Of a stretch of 64,000 nt of DNA, positions 14,253 through 31,759 are shown one piece after another. How positions within the stretch are numbered: position 1 is the stretch's first letter; the number at the start of each line of letters is the position of its first letter. The stretch lies in NCBI RefSeq assembly GCF_009914755.1, contig NC_060927.1; one strand, given 5' to 3'. The position numbers and the translations under genes are program-made. The notes under the pieces are model-generated. The model worked only from the letters and a program-made list of their open reading frames with translations. It had not been told where the DNA came from and did no database searches. The DNA comes from the human T2T-CHM13v2.0 reference genome, Homo sapiens.

Positions 14253-16474
14253 CAATAATTAGTAAAGTCTGAATGAACATCCTAGTTCTAGATTATGGAA
14301 AATAAGTTTTTAAGTTGTTCTCTCTTTGATAAAATTGTCTTTACATAAGAAAAAAATGAGTGCTCATCTGAGTTTCCATGATAATATTAATGGTAAATAA
14401 ATATTAACAAATATTTAATATTAATTATTTAATATTATTGTTTATTCATCATAAATATGATAAATAATTTATTACTGGAAAATTTAATTTTGGCTTCTGA
14501 GCTGTAGTATATATTTTACTGTGTTTTAGTAGATTATGTTTATGTGACATGATTGTCTAAGAAGTTTTCATTGAATCTAATAAAAATTGAGACTGGATGA
14601 CTGCTGTGTATAGTATTGTAAAATTTGGTCTCTGTCTTAATAAGGCATAGTTTGATTGTGTGAAGTGGATGATCTTCTTGGGGGTCTATTAAACTATTGG
14701 GTCCAGGGTTGATGCTGCTAATCTCACAGTTAAATGGATGTTCTCCTCCTCCTTCACAAGATGACCTTCCCAAAGTTGCTCATCTATAGAAATAGAAAAG
14801 AATGATCTGCTTATAGAGGGCTCTATCCCACTCCAACAAATAAACATATATTATTTTTCAAATAATAATTACATTTAGGAATAACAGTGCTATTTGTTTT
14901 TGACATAAATTACTGAACTTCCAAAAGAACATTGAAAGATTTAGTTTTTGTTTAGCTGTTTTGTTTCCTCTTCTTTTGGCCATTTTCCCATTTGCAAGAA
15001 TAAAGAGAAGAAAGTTTGTTGCCTGAAAGAAAGATTACAGTTTGGGTGCAAACTCAGAGACATGACCTGTTATTGAAAAACAAAAATCTTTGTATCCCAG
15101 ATAATGTGGGTCTTTCAGCCATTTAAAAGAAAATTTGTGCCCTCCTGTGTTTGTTGACTTTCTATTTATTTTTAATAAATGTAAATTCCAAATGATTGCT
15201 ATATTTGCATATTCACATATAATTAAAATATGCTAAATAAATAAGAAATTATTATGATTGCAAAAATATGAGCTATGACAGTACATGAGCTCTGTATGAT
15301 AAAATATGTATCATTTTCATGATACATGAAAAGAAAATACCTTTTACAGATATAAAGAATAAGGGTAAGCCATTTTATATTTCTGAATACTTCCATTTAA
15401 AAAAATAAATGAAATGGAATCTAATTTACATATCTGCATTGTAGAAAATAAAACCACTGTTCATTAATTTTTAATCTTTAAAATATAACTTGTTATTTGA
15501 GAATTAGTATAGTTCTGTTATTTGTCTGACATCATTGATGCTTTTTATCATTTTTTATTAACTAAAATTAGGCACTTAGATTTAATGTTTTTAAAATTCC
15601 TTCCAGTTTTATTTTTATCTTTATATACATTTTCTAAATATAGGTTTTAACTTTTTATTTAATTTTTTTGCTTTTAATATTATGGGGGAAAATACCAGAT
15701 TTGCATATTTAAATCCAAATTTAAATAAAAATGTCATTAGAATCATTCATTAATATTGCAACCTTGGAAAGCAGATGAAGAATGAAGTTAGTCTATTGGT
15801 GTTGCTCCATGAACCAGTATAAAATTTCATACCTCATTATTATTCTACTTTACAGATATTTCATCATGAGCCTTTAGTTTTTTTTTAATATGTAGTGGTT
15901 ATCACATTCTCAAAATTTTTCTCACCTTGGGAAAAAATAAATTGCAATATGATTTTGAGAAAAATCACCACAGTTTTGATTTTGAAAAAATAAGTAAAAT
16001 TTTTAAAAGTGTACCTTAATTCAATCTATTTTCTTTTGCACAAGAAAAAATTTTAAGTAGGTTGCTTTTATTCTCGTTCTATGTGGGTGAATATAGCTGA
16101 ATTGGAGGAGCAGCAAAAACATTTTCTATGCAATTAGGCGGCCTTCTGAATAAAATACAATCATATATCTGATGGCAGTGAGTTTTCTTAAATGCTCACC
16201 AGAAACTCTTGTTACACTTCACCTACTTTAAAACATCTTATTTAGAAATAATTGGAAGCTCATATAAGTTGTAAAAATAAAAAAGTATAATGAACCCCTT
16301 ATATCTTTACCTAGATTTGCTTAAATATTTTATCCCATTTGCTTTATAATGTGCTCTCATTTTTTTCTTTATATTTTTCTATGGTCATAATTTTTTTCTG
16401 AACAACTTAAGAGTAAGTCACACATAACAAGGGCTTTCAGTCTGAATTTTCCAAGAATAGAGATAATCTCTTAT

Positions 16475-18994
<2,520 letters not shown>

Positions 18995-19140
18995 TAGATT
19001 TACATAGCTACACTACTTTTATCTAATATTTGTCCATGTTCCAATTTTGCTGTTTATCAAATAATGTCTTTTTAAATATTTCCCCTCCAGTAAATCACCC
19101 AGTCTGGAGTCAATTATCACACTTAGTTGTCTTGTCTTTT

Positions 19141-19377
19141 TAAAATGTATTATTGTTAAGTGATAAGTAAAAATTGTTTATTTTTCTTGTGTAACGCATG
19201 TTTTAAAACATTTATACATGGTGGCTAAATGTATAATGGATCAATTGAACTAATATATGCATTACTCAAATCCTTTTTGTGGGGAAAACATTTAAAATCT
19301 AATCTCTTAGCAATATTTAAGAGTAGAATACATTGCTATTAATTATAGTCACTACGTTGTACAATAGATCTCTTGAA
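19141..19377 (-). mobile_element. Short L1MA 3' fragment
   Basis: aaaatctaatctcttagcaa...ctattaattatagtcac...gtacaatagatctcttgaa; TSD tgtcttgtctttt / tgtcatgtctctt. Confidence 0.75.
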
Positions 19378-20009
19378 TGTCATGTCTCTTTAGTCTCCTT
19401 TTGTCTGGAACATTTCCGTATCATTTCTTTGTCTTTTATGAAAATGAAGATTTTAATCATTATGGCATATTCACTCTTTTTTTTCATTTTAATAAAGTGC
19501 TCCTCATTGTTTATTTTTCTGACATTTCCCCATGATTAGATTACGGTTATACACTTTCTGCTGGAGTTCCTCATAGGTGATGTTGTTTCCTCTCCTGCTA
19601 TCGTATCTAGAGGCACATGAGGGTCTTATGTCCCACATTGTTAATGTTCATTTTTGTTGCCTAGTCAAGGTGTTGTCTGATTTCTCTATTGCATAATGAT
19701 GGCTCCTCATCAAAAATTTCCTCTCAGATTTAACATTCATTGATGTTCTTGTCAAATGCAATCTTTACTATAATGGCTGCAGTATGATGGCTTTACAACT
19801 TCAGCACTCCCTCCACATTTACATTAGTCTTTCCCATTCTACTGTAAGCAAAAGAACTCCCATCTTCAACATCTATTTAATTACTAATTTATGTATCTGT
19901 TTGTTACTGGTATGGATTCATGAATTTCTTTTTTCCATGACTCAACTATTTTGGTGCTTAAATTGTTCACATTTGACCAATGGAGCCCATCCATTCTAGA
20001 ACAAACTAA

Positions 20010-20215
20010 CCTACCTTCCTTCCTTCCTTCCTTCCTTCCTTCCTTCCTTCCTTCCTTCCTTCCTTCCTTCCTTCCTTCCCTCCTTCCTTCCTTCCCTCCT
20101 TCCTTCCTTCCCTCCTTCCTTCCTTCCTTCTTTTCTCCCTCCTTCCCTTCCTCCTTCCCTTTATTCCTCCCTTCCTCCCCTCCCTCCCTCCCTTTGTTCC
20201 TCCCTCTCTCTTTCT
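20010..20215. repeat. (TTCC)16 microsatellite plus degenerate polypyrimidine tail
   Basis: Perfect TTCC from 20016 to 20079, then near-pure pyrimidine to ~20215. Confidence 0.97.
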
Positions 20216-21009
20216 GGCTTCCCATTCAGGGTGATCACAACACTCCTTTTACATACAATTAGGTTCATTGTTTCCAATTTTAGGGTTTTTCCCTTTACAT
20301 TTTTATTGATTTAATTTTATTTTTTGAGTCAATTAATTTACTTTAAATCTTTTTTTAACCTGTAGAGATTAAGTGCTGCTTGCCTTAGACATTTCTACTA
20401 AACAAACCTGATACACCCTAACTCAAATGTTATTGATACAGTTCAAAAATACCTGCTTGAGTTTGGGGTTGAGCTTTTATCTTTGTATTTCACATCTCTT
20501 CAATCTACATTTAGTCTGAAGTCAAATTATCCTCCTTTGCATTCCAAAAAGTGACAGTTTCAGAAAAGAAAGTAGATAGCTGTAGTCACACTGGTAGTTC
20601 ACTTACCTTATGGGTTTATTATTCCAGAGTTTTTAAAAGTTAAATGGGCATGTTACGGAAAAAATAATTATGTAAAGCAAATAAAGACAAGAGTAATCAT
20701 AAATATACATAGTCTATAAGAGCTAAAAAAATTTTCACTCTTTTATATGTGATTCTAGAGTATTCCTGCCCCCAGTACTTCCCTATATTCTACTCCAGTA
20801 TTCATAACTGAAAATAAACCCTAAAATTCATAATAGGAAGAGAAATTTGTGGTTGGTGTCGAAAGATTCATTTTCATGTTCCGTTTTATCACTTACTGAC
20901 TGTGGATCTTGTATAAGTTACATCTCCTGTCTTTCCAGACATCCACCCTTATAACCCTAAATAAAAAACAAATTCATACCTCCTCAACTTTCTACCAATT
21001 TCTGGGCTC

Positions 21010-21980
21010 ATACTCCACACAGATTATTAAAGCTATACACTCAGATGTTAAGAGGCATCTCAAATTCAACATGTCCCACATAAAACCCCTCATTTCCTAC
21101 CCCTCTGTCTGCTCCATCACCAGTCTTCTTTGTTTACTAAATAGTACCACCTTACCCCCATTATCCAGGCCAACAGTATCCTTAATTTCATTCTCTCTTT
21201 TCCTCACCTACACTCCATCTATCAGCATGCCTGTCTCTTCTGTTCCCAAAATATATTCCAATGCTGACCAGAATCACCTGTTTCACATCTTGAGCAAAGT
21301 GTAAGACACTGTCATCTCTGGTCTGGACGTCTCTGTTTTTGTGTTAGCCTATTAAGAAACCCTCTTTTTCTATTCTTGCATCCCTACCAATATGATCATT
21401 TAAAATATCCATCAAATCATGTGACCTCCTGCTCAAAATTCTTCAATTGCTTCTTATTTTAATTAGGATAAAATCCAGATTCCTCACTAAAGCTTATATG
21501 TCTTTGTGTCTTCTCTCATATCCTTTCATCTCTTCATTCATGATATTCTGGCTCTACTCCTCATGTTCCCCCCAGAGTATTCTGAGCTCATTCCTGACTC
21601 AGGGATTTTCCACATGCCCTTCTCTTTTCCTGGCATGCCCACACATCTTAGTGTGACACAACTTCTTCTTTATTTGGGTCTCTTCTCAAACATATCTCCT
21701 AATAGATGCTTCCCGTGGTCCACTACATATTTAATTGTAGTATTCCCAACCCCATCACTCTGTCATTTTACCCCATTTTAATTTTACTGATAGCACATAA
21801 AATGTTACACAACATGTTGATTTTTATTTCTTTATCCAATTATTTGTTATCTGTTCCTTTCACTAGACTGTAAGTTCCATGAGGGCAGAAACTTGGCCTT
21901 TGTTGTTCATGTTACCTTTACATTTTCTAGTAAAATAAATGGAGCATAGTAGGTGCTCAGTAAATAAACAATGATTAAGT
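21010..21980 (+). mobile_element. L2 (L2a-like) 3' portion
   Basis: aggcatctcaaattcaacatgtcc...cactagactgtaagttccatgagggcag...catagtaggtgctcagtaaata. Confidence 0.85.
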
Positions 21981-22639
21981 AAAAGGTCTCAACATTTCTG
22001 ATAAGCATAATAGAAATAACTATCTTCCAACACTGTCTTCAAGGGGCCAGTACTCTAAACTGCCATGCAAATGTCAGGTGTAGTTTATTTTGTCCGTGTT
22101 GAGTCAAACGAACTGAGACCAAAAAGTGGTCCTTGGAGACAACAAATAGACAGAGAAGTTCTCTTTTTTTCTGTGCTGGCAATTTTCCACTGAGCTAAAA
22201 AGAGATAAGTTCATAGTGACTGCCACTAACTTTTTAGAATCCTGGGGTGCAACACCTCTGCATTTCTTGCCCCATTGCCTCTGCCCTTGTCCTGCCTTGC
22301 CCTCACCCCCAAGAAAAGCATGCACCCACTCTTCCTTGACAGTTAGGGTTCATTGTTTTCCTCAACTACATGGAAGAGTAATCTCCCTCCAGAATCCTTT
22401 CCTGATTAGCCATCTGCCTATGCTGGCCTCACATCTATGCTTATTTTCAATATTTTTTTGTAATTACTTCCTTGTTCTATTTTTGATCTTGAAATGGATT
22501 ATAAAACTACTCTAGGAAAATTCTTTTTCTTGTACATCCAAAATATCAAGGTTAGTTATATGTATTAACATATAACTAAGTTTTTGAGATTATAAGGCCC
22601 TAAATAATAATAAAACCAATGATAATGATGATAATTGCA

Positions 22640-22880
22640 AAGTTAGTAACAATAATAGCTCTGCTATTTCGTGTTAAACTTTTTTTGTATCATCATGTCA
22701 GGTGCTTCACATGATTAACGAATTTAATGCCCTCATCAGTCCTATGAAATAAGTACTATTATTTCCACTTTACAGATTTAAGGAAAAATATAGAAGTTCA
22801 GAGAGGTAGGTAGCTTAATAAAGGTCACACAATTGATCCTGGTGTGTCTATCTCTAAACTGGATCTGCATCATATTTATA
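22640..22880 (-). mobile_element. MIR
   Basis: cctatgaaataagtactattatt...tttacagat...aaggtcacaca. Confidence 0.7.
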
Positions 22881-23424
22881 TATGGCCTATACCACTTAAT
22901 TTCTGAGAAGCAAAGTAGGTAAATCTGTGGTTTAGATACAGTTAAGAATTTATAGATTATTATGATGCAGTCCTAAGCCAGAAATCTTACAATTTGGTGG
23001 AGTAAATATTAAAAGAAATAGATTTTAAGACACAGCATAAAAAATAGAAGGTGCCACATGAAAGATCAAAATAATTTAGAACTGTACTTCCAGGTGTATT
23101 GATGGTTACAAGGCTCCCTGGAGGTAGCTGGTTTAAAGCTGAACTATTGAAATTGTTTCATTAGGTGGAGAAAAGTTGTGATAATAAATTTTCAGAAGAG
23201 TCCAGAAAATTTTCAAAGAAATAAAAATATTCTAATATTACATTAATTTAATATTGAGCCTTAACTTAAAATATTGAGCCTTTTTAATATTGAGCATTAT
23301 CTCCTATAGTGCTACCACAGGAGATATTTGGTGGCTCTGACTTTATGGTTCTTCTCAGGAAGTGGGTTATGTGATGAGAGGATTTTTAACTCTTGCAAGA
23401 AGCTCTGTTTTCATTTTAAAGTGA

Positions 23425-23990
23425 GTTTATTCATGAAGTCATATATCAAGCAGTATACTTTGGGCACTATTTTAGGTGCTGGGGAAATAGTTACGGACAA
23501 GATCAAGTTTCTACCCTCAAGCAGCCTTCAGTCTAGTGGGGAAAGAATGGAGTAAACTAGTAAAGAAATAAAATTTTAAAGGACTTCTAGATAGTGATAG
23601 TGACCAGAAGAAAATCCAGCATAGTAAAAGGATAAAGAGAAGATGGGAAAATCATCTTTACGTAGGTGGTCTCCTGAGATGGCCTATTTGAAAAGGTAAT
23701 ATTTAAGCTAAGACCTGAACAGTGAGAGGATTGAGAGCACCATGCAGACGACTCCAGGAAGAGTAGTTCAGGAAGAGTGATTGACCAGCGCAAGGGCCAG
23801 AATGAGCTTGGCATATCTGAGAAGTAGAAAAGAGCCTGGGTCTCAAAGGATGGTGGGAGATGAAGCTCAGGAGCTGGAGTTGAGAAAGGGCCAAGTCACA
23901 TAGACTGCAGACCAAGGAATGGAGTTGCACATATGAGCAAACATTTGCAAGGACGTGCACGTGTCTTAATTGGGGATGGGAATGCAATGA
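23425..23990 (-). mobile_element. L2 3' portion
   Basis: ggcactattttaggtgctgggga...cagtctagtgggg...tttaagctaagacctgaa. Confidence 0.75.
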
Positions 23991-26900
23991 ATGACCATTA
24001 TCTCTGGCTAACACAGTCTTGGAAAAACTGTTGTATGAAGAGAAACAGGAATTACTACATAGGAAAAAGTTTCATAGGAGATAAATTATTACATTTAGGT
24101 GAATTTTAGATAAGCCAAGTTTACCTGGATAAAAGTGAAAGGGGCTCAGGTATTATTTAAATTTGTAAACTCAATGTTTTCAGCAAAAATTGTCATGGAA
24201 TAATTGACTCTAATCTTGGCCATTTGAAGATATGTACACTGATTTCTGATAATGGTGTCATCATGCAACCTAGTTTCTGCATGGATGAAGCAGAAAAGAC
24301 TACAGAAACAACTATATTTTAGCCTCCAGAGACCACAGATGTTTCCTTGTTTATTGTTCCCAAATCCCAGTAGCTATTGGGATTAGGGATAGCAATCCCT
24401 GGCAACATCAACCCGCTCCCCTTAAAAGTAGACGTAAATTACTCTGCCATTTTCCATGGTAATTATATTCCCTATGATTTATTTTTATTATCCTAAGAGA
24501 TCTAAATGAATCATATCACTACATTTTAAATCTCTGTTAGTTGGACACTGCTTCCTTTAAGGGGTAGGAGGTTGAGGGCTGTGATTTGGAGAAAGAATAC
24601 AGAATAGCTTACTGAAAAGACTCTTTTTAAATTGAGTAAACAAGCTCAATATTTATTTGTTAGGAATGATGGAAAAAATGGCCTTCCCTCATACTTAAGA
24701 AGTTAATAACAACAAGTATAGATTCTTCTATTTCTGGTTCAGGTTAAAAGCCGCCCATAAAAAACATTACCTGGCCTTGGACTGAGTGTGTACTAGAAGG
24801 ATGACAATCATGTTGTCCCCAAGGCAGTTGGATGTGTTGTTGTAGGAGCCAGAAGCTTACTTTTGAGTGCTCCTGGCAACCTCCAAATAGAAAACCATTG
24901 TGCTACTGGTATTACAGGGTGTGGAGGATTATAGATGACTTATGTGCTATTTAAGCAATGCATTCTATCTTATCATGTATATATGTGGGTATGATGACCA
25001 CCATACTATCGGATTATTGCAGAGTGTGAGGTAGTGTGCGGTTTTTAAGTGCGTGTGTGTGAGAGAATAAATGCTTGAATATCTGCAATAAGTATTAGAG
25101 AGCACTCCTGAAATATAAGCCACTTCCTGACCTGGGCATATTAACCAAGAAGCAAACCTATTAAAAGTATGAGAGCATTCGATTTTCTACAATAATAGTA
25201 CACATTTGTTGACATGAACTAGATTCAGGAAGGGAATACAGAAAGAGCAGGCAGACATTGGGCCTATTTAATTAACTTGGGGCTTATGATCACCCTTCAG
25301 AAGAGGATGCTAAGGATGCCTTCTCCAGAGCCAAGAGGCCTCTCCTTGTGCCTTTATTTGGCTTTCCTCCTCTCATTGGTGACCCATCATGTTAGGAAAA
25401 AAAAAAAATCTCTCAAAAGTGTAAATGTTATTCTTTCTGTGGGTGATGTCATAATTTTAGTGGCCCAAGCATTTGTTACTAAAATAGTACTTAGCAACAC
25501 ATAATCATTATTTTCTCCTCTTAAAATTCTGAGTGTGTTTGTTCTGATGAAGTCAGGAGACACATTTTTCAGGGAGGTAGGAGTAAGAGCTTAAAAACAC
25601 GAAGTAATGCCTGGAATAATCTCTTGACTTGTGTTCCTTAAATAAGCAAGAAGACAACTAAATTTTCCTTCCTGTGGCGACAGCTCTGGCGGAGTAAAAA
25701 AAAATTTTTGAAATATAGTGCTAAAGGAAGTGGTTTTCATGCAACTGTGCATCTTATACTCTTCGTTAATGTGGTAGATACCATTTGCTTGGCTTCATTT
25801 GACTTGTCTTTCTCATGTTTTTGCTTGTAAAGTGGGTGAGAAAAGTTCGACCAAAGAAACCTGTGCACTGACCAATCAATAGTTATGTTTCTAAAGTTCC
25901 TGTTAATCATTTCAGGAAACATCTTGGGCTCCTTTTTAATTACATCCTACCTAATATAAAAACTGTAAAGGTATCTCTGTATACCTATACCATCTTGTAG
26001 AAAATAGCTATATATTTCTTAAAATTTGTAATTTGATTTGAATCCTCATATTTTGAAGAGACTTGAAGCTTAACAAGAGCTTATTTTTTAAAAAACATAT
26101 TCTGTATTTTAAAATTTCTAATTACTATTTTAAATAATGAAAATAGCTGTAATTTATCAAAGGCCTGATCAATGTTAGGATAATTCTCATGAAGTCATTT
26201 ATTATCATAATTCCACAAGGTAGACATTTTAAGTTTGCAGGAACCTGAGACTAGGAAAAAATTGTCCAAAATCTTATGCCTAATAACAGATTCTAAAGCC
26301 TGTCTTTATGTCTAATAGCCAAGGCCATGGGAAATTACACTTAATCTTTTCCTGCCCTGATTCTTCTAAAAAGTGTGTGGGTCATGTGCAGGCCATTGCA
26401 CCAAGTTGGTTGTCAGGGGGAGGTGGGTATGCCCTGTTGCCAAGAGCAGCCAACAACAAAGGCAGCAGGGCAAGGTTGCAGCAAAGACCAAGGTTGCAAC
26501 ATCAATAACTACTGCCAGTGGAAACTAGCCCATGTGTCATACTTGGTATGTATATATCTGTTGCCAATAACCCCAAAGTAGACAGTGTTTTCCTTTTAGT
26601 CACTGAGTAATCTAGTCATAAACAAAACAGATTTACTTCATCGGCTGCTTCTTTCATCATGGTAAGGAAAATGCCCAAAGTTATGCCACATATCGTCTAA
26701 GCATACCTTCTTTCTAACAATTAATTTTGGCTGCCTTCTATGAATCTGATATTGGTGCCAAACATTCCCTTTCCCACAAGTTCAAGAGTAATCAAGAAAA
26801 GTTGACACCTTCTAGTGTCCACGTGGGCTTCTTGGTATTTAGGGACCTTGGCAAATTATTTACAGCTTCTTTCAGACGAGCCTTCCAGAGCTTTGTAAGA

Positions 26901-28999
26901 ATAAACAAACTTCAAAGGTCTCCGAAGGGGAAAAACTGTCCTGGCTAAGTCTATAATTTAGGCTATCTTTAGAGAGTACAACTCCATAAAGAGAGAGGTC
27001 CAAGAAACCAGCTTCTTTTATACAATTAACTTTTTCTTTACTTAATTGTAAAGACTAAATGACAAGTAGGAAAGTGCTTTTGCAGAAGCGTGGGAGTCTT
27101 AAAGCTGTAGAAGGAAGAAACACTGTGCATGGGAGTAAGTATGTGGGTGGGAGTTATAGATTACTGCTCTTTTGCTAGTCTAGAATAACTATGCATAAAC
27201 ATCTTTATAGTAGTAACTTGAACAGAATCGTTAAACTTCTATTAAAGGCACTTGATACATCATTCAAAATAAGCACAGGTTACCTTATATCCAGAAACAG
27301 AAAAAAATCATTTTACATCCAGCCAAAAAAGATTTTAAAAGAGCCTTTGATTTTTGACAAAACAAGTGATAATAAAATTAAATTTTTATTTTATTTTCAA
27401 ATATTAATCCAAAAGCCGACATGCTGTACTTCTTGAAGTTATCAAAGATAAGCTGGCTAGCTTTGTCTGTAGATATCATACCCTTAAAAGATTAAGCCCA
27501 GGAAGTGAATGACAGTAACACCAAAGACTGCAACAGCAAGAGCATAGTACTAATGATCAGTCAGAGATTTCTTCCGACCCTGCCTTTAGAGGCTATGTGA
27601 TGGACACCTTGCCACTTAACACAAATAGTCACTATTTCATGCAACTAGTAATAGAATTCTGTCCTTACAAATGAAGAAGAATTCAATGTGCACATGTAGT
27701 ACAAATACTGTGAAGACTTTCAACTATAATGTGAGACATTTGAATTCAATAAAAAAGGGAGAGAGCAATAAAATAATTATAATTGTTTATCTGTTTAGAT
27801 TCACCAGATACACACTCTCATTTTTCTCATTCACTAAATTTTGCACATTTATATTATTTACTTAGTTGATCATAATTATTTACCATTTCATATTCATTGT
27901 CCTTGTTATACTGCATATTTCAAGAGGCTTCAGGTCTAGTTTTTCTTACCATGTAGCCTCAGACTCTAGGAAAGACTGGAATTATGCCAGGTGCTCAGTG
28001 ACTATTGTAGACTGGATAGGAAAGTTGATAGCAATAAGGTTTAGAATGAAAATGCAGCAGTAACTGGTGAGCTGGTGACCTATGGCCAGAAAAGTTTGAA
28101 AAAGGAAAAGAATGCTCCACATTGTCTAAAAACACATTCATTACTGGGAGGGCTCGATGGAATCAGGCCCTGTCAGCAGTTACTCATTGCTAAGCCCATT
28201 GCAGAAACATGGGCATTCAGATCCATCCAGGTGGGGCCAGGAGGGTCAACTGGACTGACGGCACATTCACGAAGGCCATAAACTAAGATGTCTAGAATTA
28301 TCTTCAAATGAGTTTCAAGTGAGGTATGTTCTGCTAACTTGTTTGTGTTTATAATTTAACTATGTTAATTTATTGAACGAATTTATAAAATATATTGAAT
28401 GTACAGAATAGCTTTTGTTGAATACACATAATTACATGTATGAGTATGTAACTGGTGAAGATATGTATATCTTCAAAAGGAAGTGGCCAAGGACACACTT
28501 TATCTCTCAGAGGCTCTGATGTCACTCTCAAGGGGGTGCGTATAATCACAATTTCTTAGCAAGAGACAGGGTATAGAATTTTAAACAAACAGCAAACTAA
28601 GCATTTTAGAATATGTAGGATTCTCCTTTGTGTGATCTTAACTCTTTGTCTTATCTGTTTTTAATCCTATGGACCACTAATGCTTACCCGGCATAAAGTG
28701 AAACATATTTTGGTTGCCTAAGAAGCACCACTTCCAAGCATGTGCATGACAAAATGTACCACCTTGCACCACCAGTTTAGCTATCCACAGCTAGTCCTAA
28801 CTCCCTCATTTCTAGATGCATATGGGCACCAGCCTACCCAAATCTAATTCTATATGAGATCGAGTTTCCTGCAGATAATTCTGTTTCTATTGAGCCAAAT
28901 AAACTTTACTTGCCAAAGGAAAAAATGGAACAGGTCAATGGATTGCTACCTATTCTGGTTAATTTCCATTTCCTAAACTCTAGCTTCTTGCAGAGTTTA

Positions 29000-29158
29000 G
29001 GCAAGAAGCTGGCAACCTTGGCTGCGCTTTGAAATCATCTAAGGGGCTTAAAAAAGATACAGACGCTTGGATGCCCCTCCCAGAAATTTTGATTTAATTT
29101 GTCTGAGTTGCAGCCGGCCTATCCAAAATGTAGTCAGGGTTAAGAACCACCGCCCTAG
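29000..29158. mobile_element. MER5-like hAT relic
   Basis: ccttggctgc...aatcatct...tgatttaatttgtctg...agggttaagaaccac. Confidence 0.7.
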
Positions 29159-31759
29159 TTTCAGTCTCCTCATTATGAGCATGGGGTCATAATTACCTCA
29201 CATACCTCTTGTTTTAAGTTCAAGGAGATAATGTGTGACCTTAGAGTCCTTAACACTTTCATTACTCCTTTGCTTCATGAAAGACAAATAAAAAGGAAGG
29301 ACATGGGGTTGGCAAGTCTGGGAAGGTGAGGAGGAGGGATCCTTCTGCAGAGTTCTTCCAATGAGCAGTTCATTAGGGTTAACAAGCTATCCTTTGTTAA
29401 AGCAAACGCTCTTGAGGGATTAAGCCTCATTCTCGCCTTAGTGTGAATGACTTTAATCAGATAATCTCCTATCACCTAGTTGAGGATTTGTTACCGAAAG
29501 CCTAGGGGAGGCAAAGAGAGAGAGTTGCAAGGCCAGTTTGGGATTCACTGAGGCAAGCCAAGGAAGCCTCAGCCTCTAGGAAAGAAACCTGACATGTAGT
29601 AAGCTTTCCATAATGACAGCATGAAAAATCTGAACAACAAACTTTCTCCTCATGTTGCTAGGACAATATTTGTTAAAAGTGTTTTTCTGATCAAGCCTCT
29701 TGTCTGTCCAATAGCCTTTCATGACTTTTTTTCTGACTTTCTTTCTGCCATGAAGCTCTTAACAAGTATCAGGTAGTTTTACCATTTGCCAGCTGCTTGG
29801 GAGTCCGTGAGGAGCAAGGCCTTGCCCAGTCCTATCCTCCTTGCCATCTGCTTGGCACATGGTAAGCACGCAGGGTTTGTTGAATTTAACTGAATGGTTT
29901 CATTTGCTACGCTCTTTTCCAACTGTGATTTTTCCCTCACGTCTGTCCCCAACCGCTAGACTATGAACACCTTGCAAAAGACTTAATAACTTCTTTATCC
30001 CCAGTGCCAAGCACAGCCCTTGGCACATAATCAGCAGTCAATGACTATGTGTTAAATGTATTAAGGAACAATAGCCAGTGTACTGATGCCTAAGTTAAGA
30101 TATTAAAATTAATTTATGACTGTACTGCTCAGTTCCCACTCTTTTGGACAAGGCAAAGAGGAAAGAAGAGAAAAAGAAACAGATATATGAAACTCCCACC
30201 ATTTATTAATGGGACAAATGTTGTTCTTATTCAAAGGTCTCTTTAGAACATCTTTCGAGACATGATTTGAAGGTAATTTCAGGAAACTCAGATAGGCAAG
30301 AAGGAATAAGAGGAGCTAACAAAAGATCCACAGAGAGAACTCACACAATGGAATGAAAAGAGAGGGATGTGGAATATCATAGAAACCAAAGGAAAGAAAC
30401 CTCAAGAATACAATGAGTAAGTAGATAGATACAGCCAACATTTAGGAACATTGACACTGCTATTGGCATTGTCAAAGATTGGTTTACCTTTAGAAATAAA
30501 TAAGACAATGGCCATATTTTTTCATATTTGTTTTCTATATGGAACAGTGTTACTACGTAGAAATGTTTGGGTTACAGTACATAAAACAGTTTCACTACGA
30601 CATTTATATTAAAAGCCCTATTAGATACTATTTTTAAAAGATTGCAAGGGAATTCTGGGCTAAATAACAACACAGAATTTTATGAAATGGTAGAAAGTGT
30701 TTTACAATATTACATGTAATTACATATTATAAGCATAAATAGATAATATGTCAATTTTGATCTTCTGGCTGTATTCTATATTTATTTTTATATCCGTTTA
30801 GTTTATTGAAAGACCACGATTGCATATTTACTTGTCTTTAACAACAGTCCATAGTAGAAGGTACGCATACATCCCAGGTAGAGTGTTTATAAATATATTA
30901 CACATTAGACAGATGAATTCAGGAGCTTGGGGTACTGGCTGTGAAACACTGTGGGGCAGGAGGCTTGTCCTCTTGTTAGCTGCAAGGCTTTGGTCAAGGG
31001 CCAACTCTCCAGCTTCCATTACCTCATGAAAAATGAAGATTATATATAAATGACATGGGGGAGGTGGCCTTTGTTTTATAAGATTGTCTTAAAAGATTAA
31101 ATTTGGAAAAGAAATTGCATATATAGTACAATATTAACTATGCTTTTAAAAATGCATTGGAAAAGCCTAGAAGGAAATAAACTGTAATACAAACAGTTCC
31201 CTATCTCTGGGAACTGGAAACACTGCTGATATCAAAATATTCTACCTTCACTAATTTCGAATTTTCTATATTGTGTTGACTCCAAATAATAAATAAGTCA
31301 CACACAAACAGGCATACCACATCTCCCTTCCCTCAAGTTATGTTATCTCGAGGATCATGAGTCTTATGGCTTCTCTTCAACTCTGAGATGTAAGGTTCTA
31401 AGGTTTGTTGTACCCCATTGCCGAGGGTCTTCAACCAAATCACATTCCGCTGCTGGGTCCCCAGCCATTTGCTGTCTGTTGCCTCCTAGACAGAGCCCAC
31501 TTTTGGTTTGCTGTCATTCTCAGCAGTGGTGGACTTCATGCAGTCTCTTCTGAGATTAGACTATCAGCCTTTACACAGCAGTCAAGAGTTATCTAGTTAT
31601 CTTTGTGAAAACAAAATTTAGATAATGTTCCATCACCCCACCCCACCCCTGCCTCTAACATAATCAAACACTTCAATGGTTCCCAGTGAGGAAAAGTATC
31701 ATGGTTGTAGCTTTGCATTTTGAGTGTGATTAATTTGATGGAGATTCATTTTTTCCCTC

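Noticed and set aside
19884-20262. KEGR / LPSF repeat proteins
   Set aside because: Translations of the TTCC microsatellite
23250-23295. AATATTGAGC x3
   Set aside because: Short slippage-type repeat in AT-rich DNA with no supporting context
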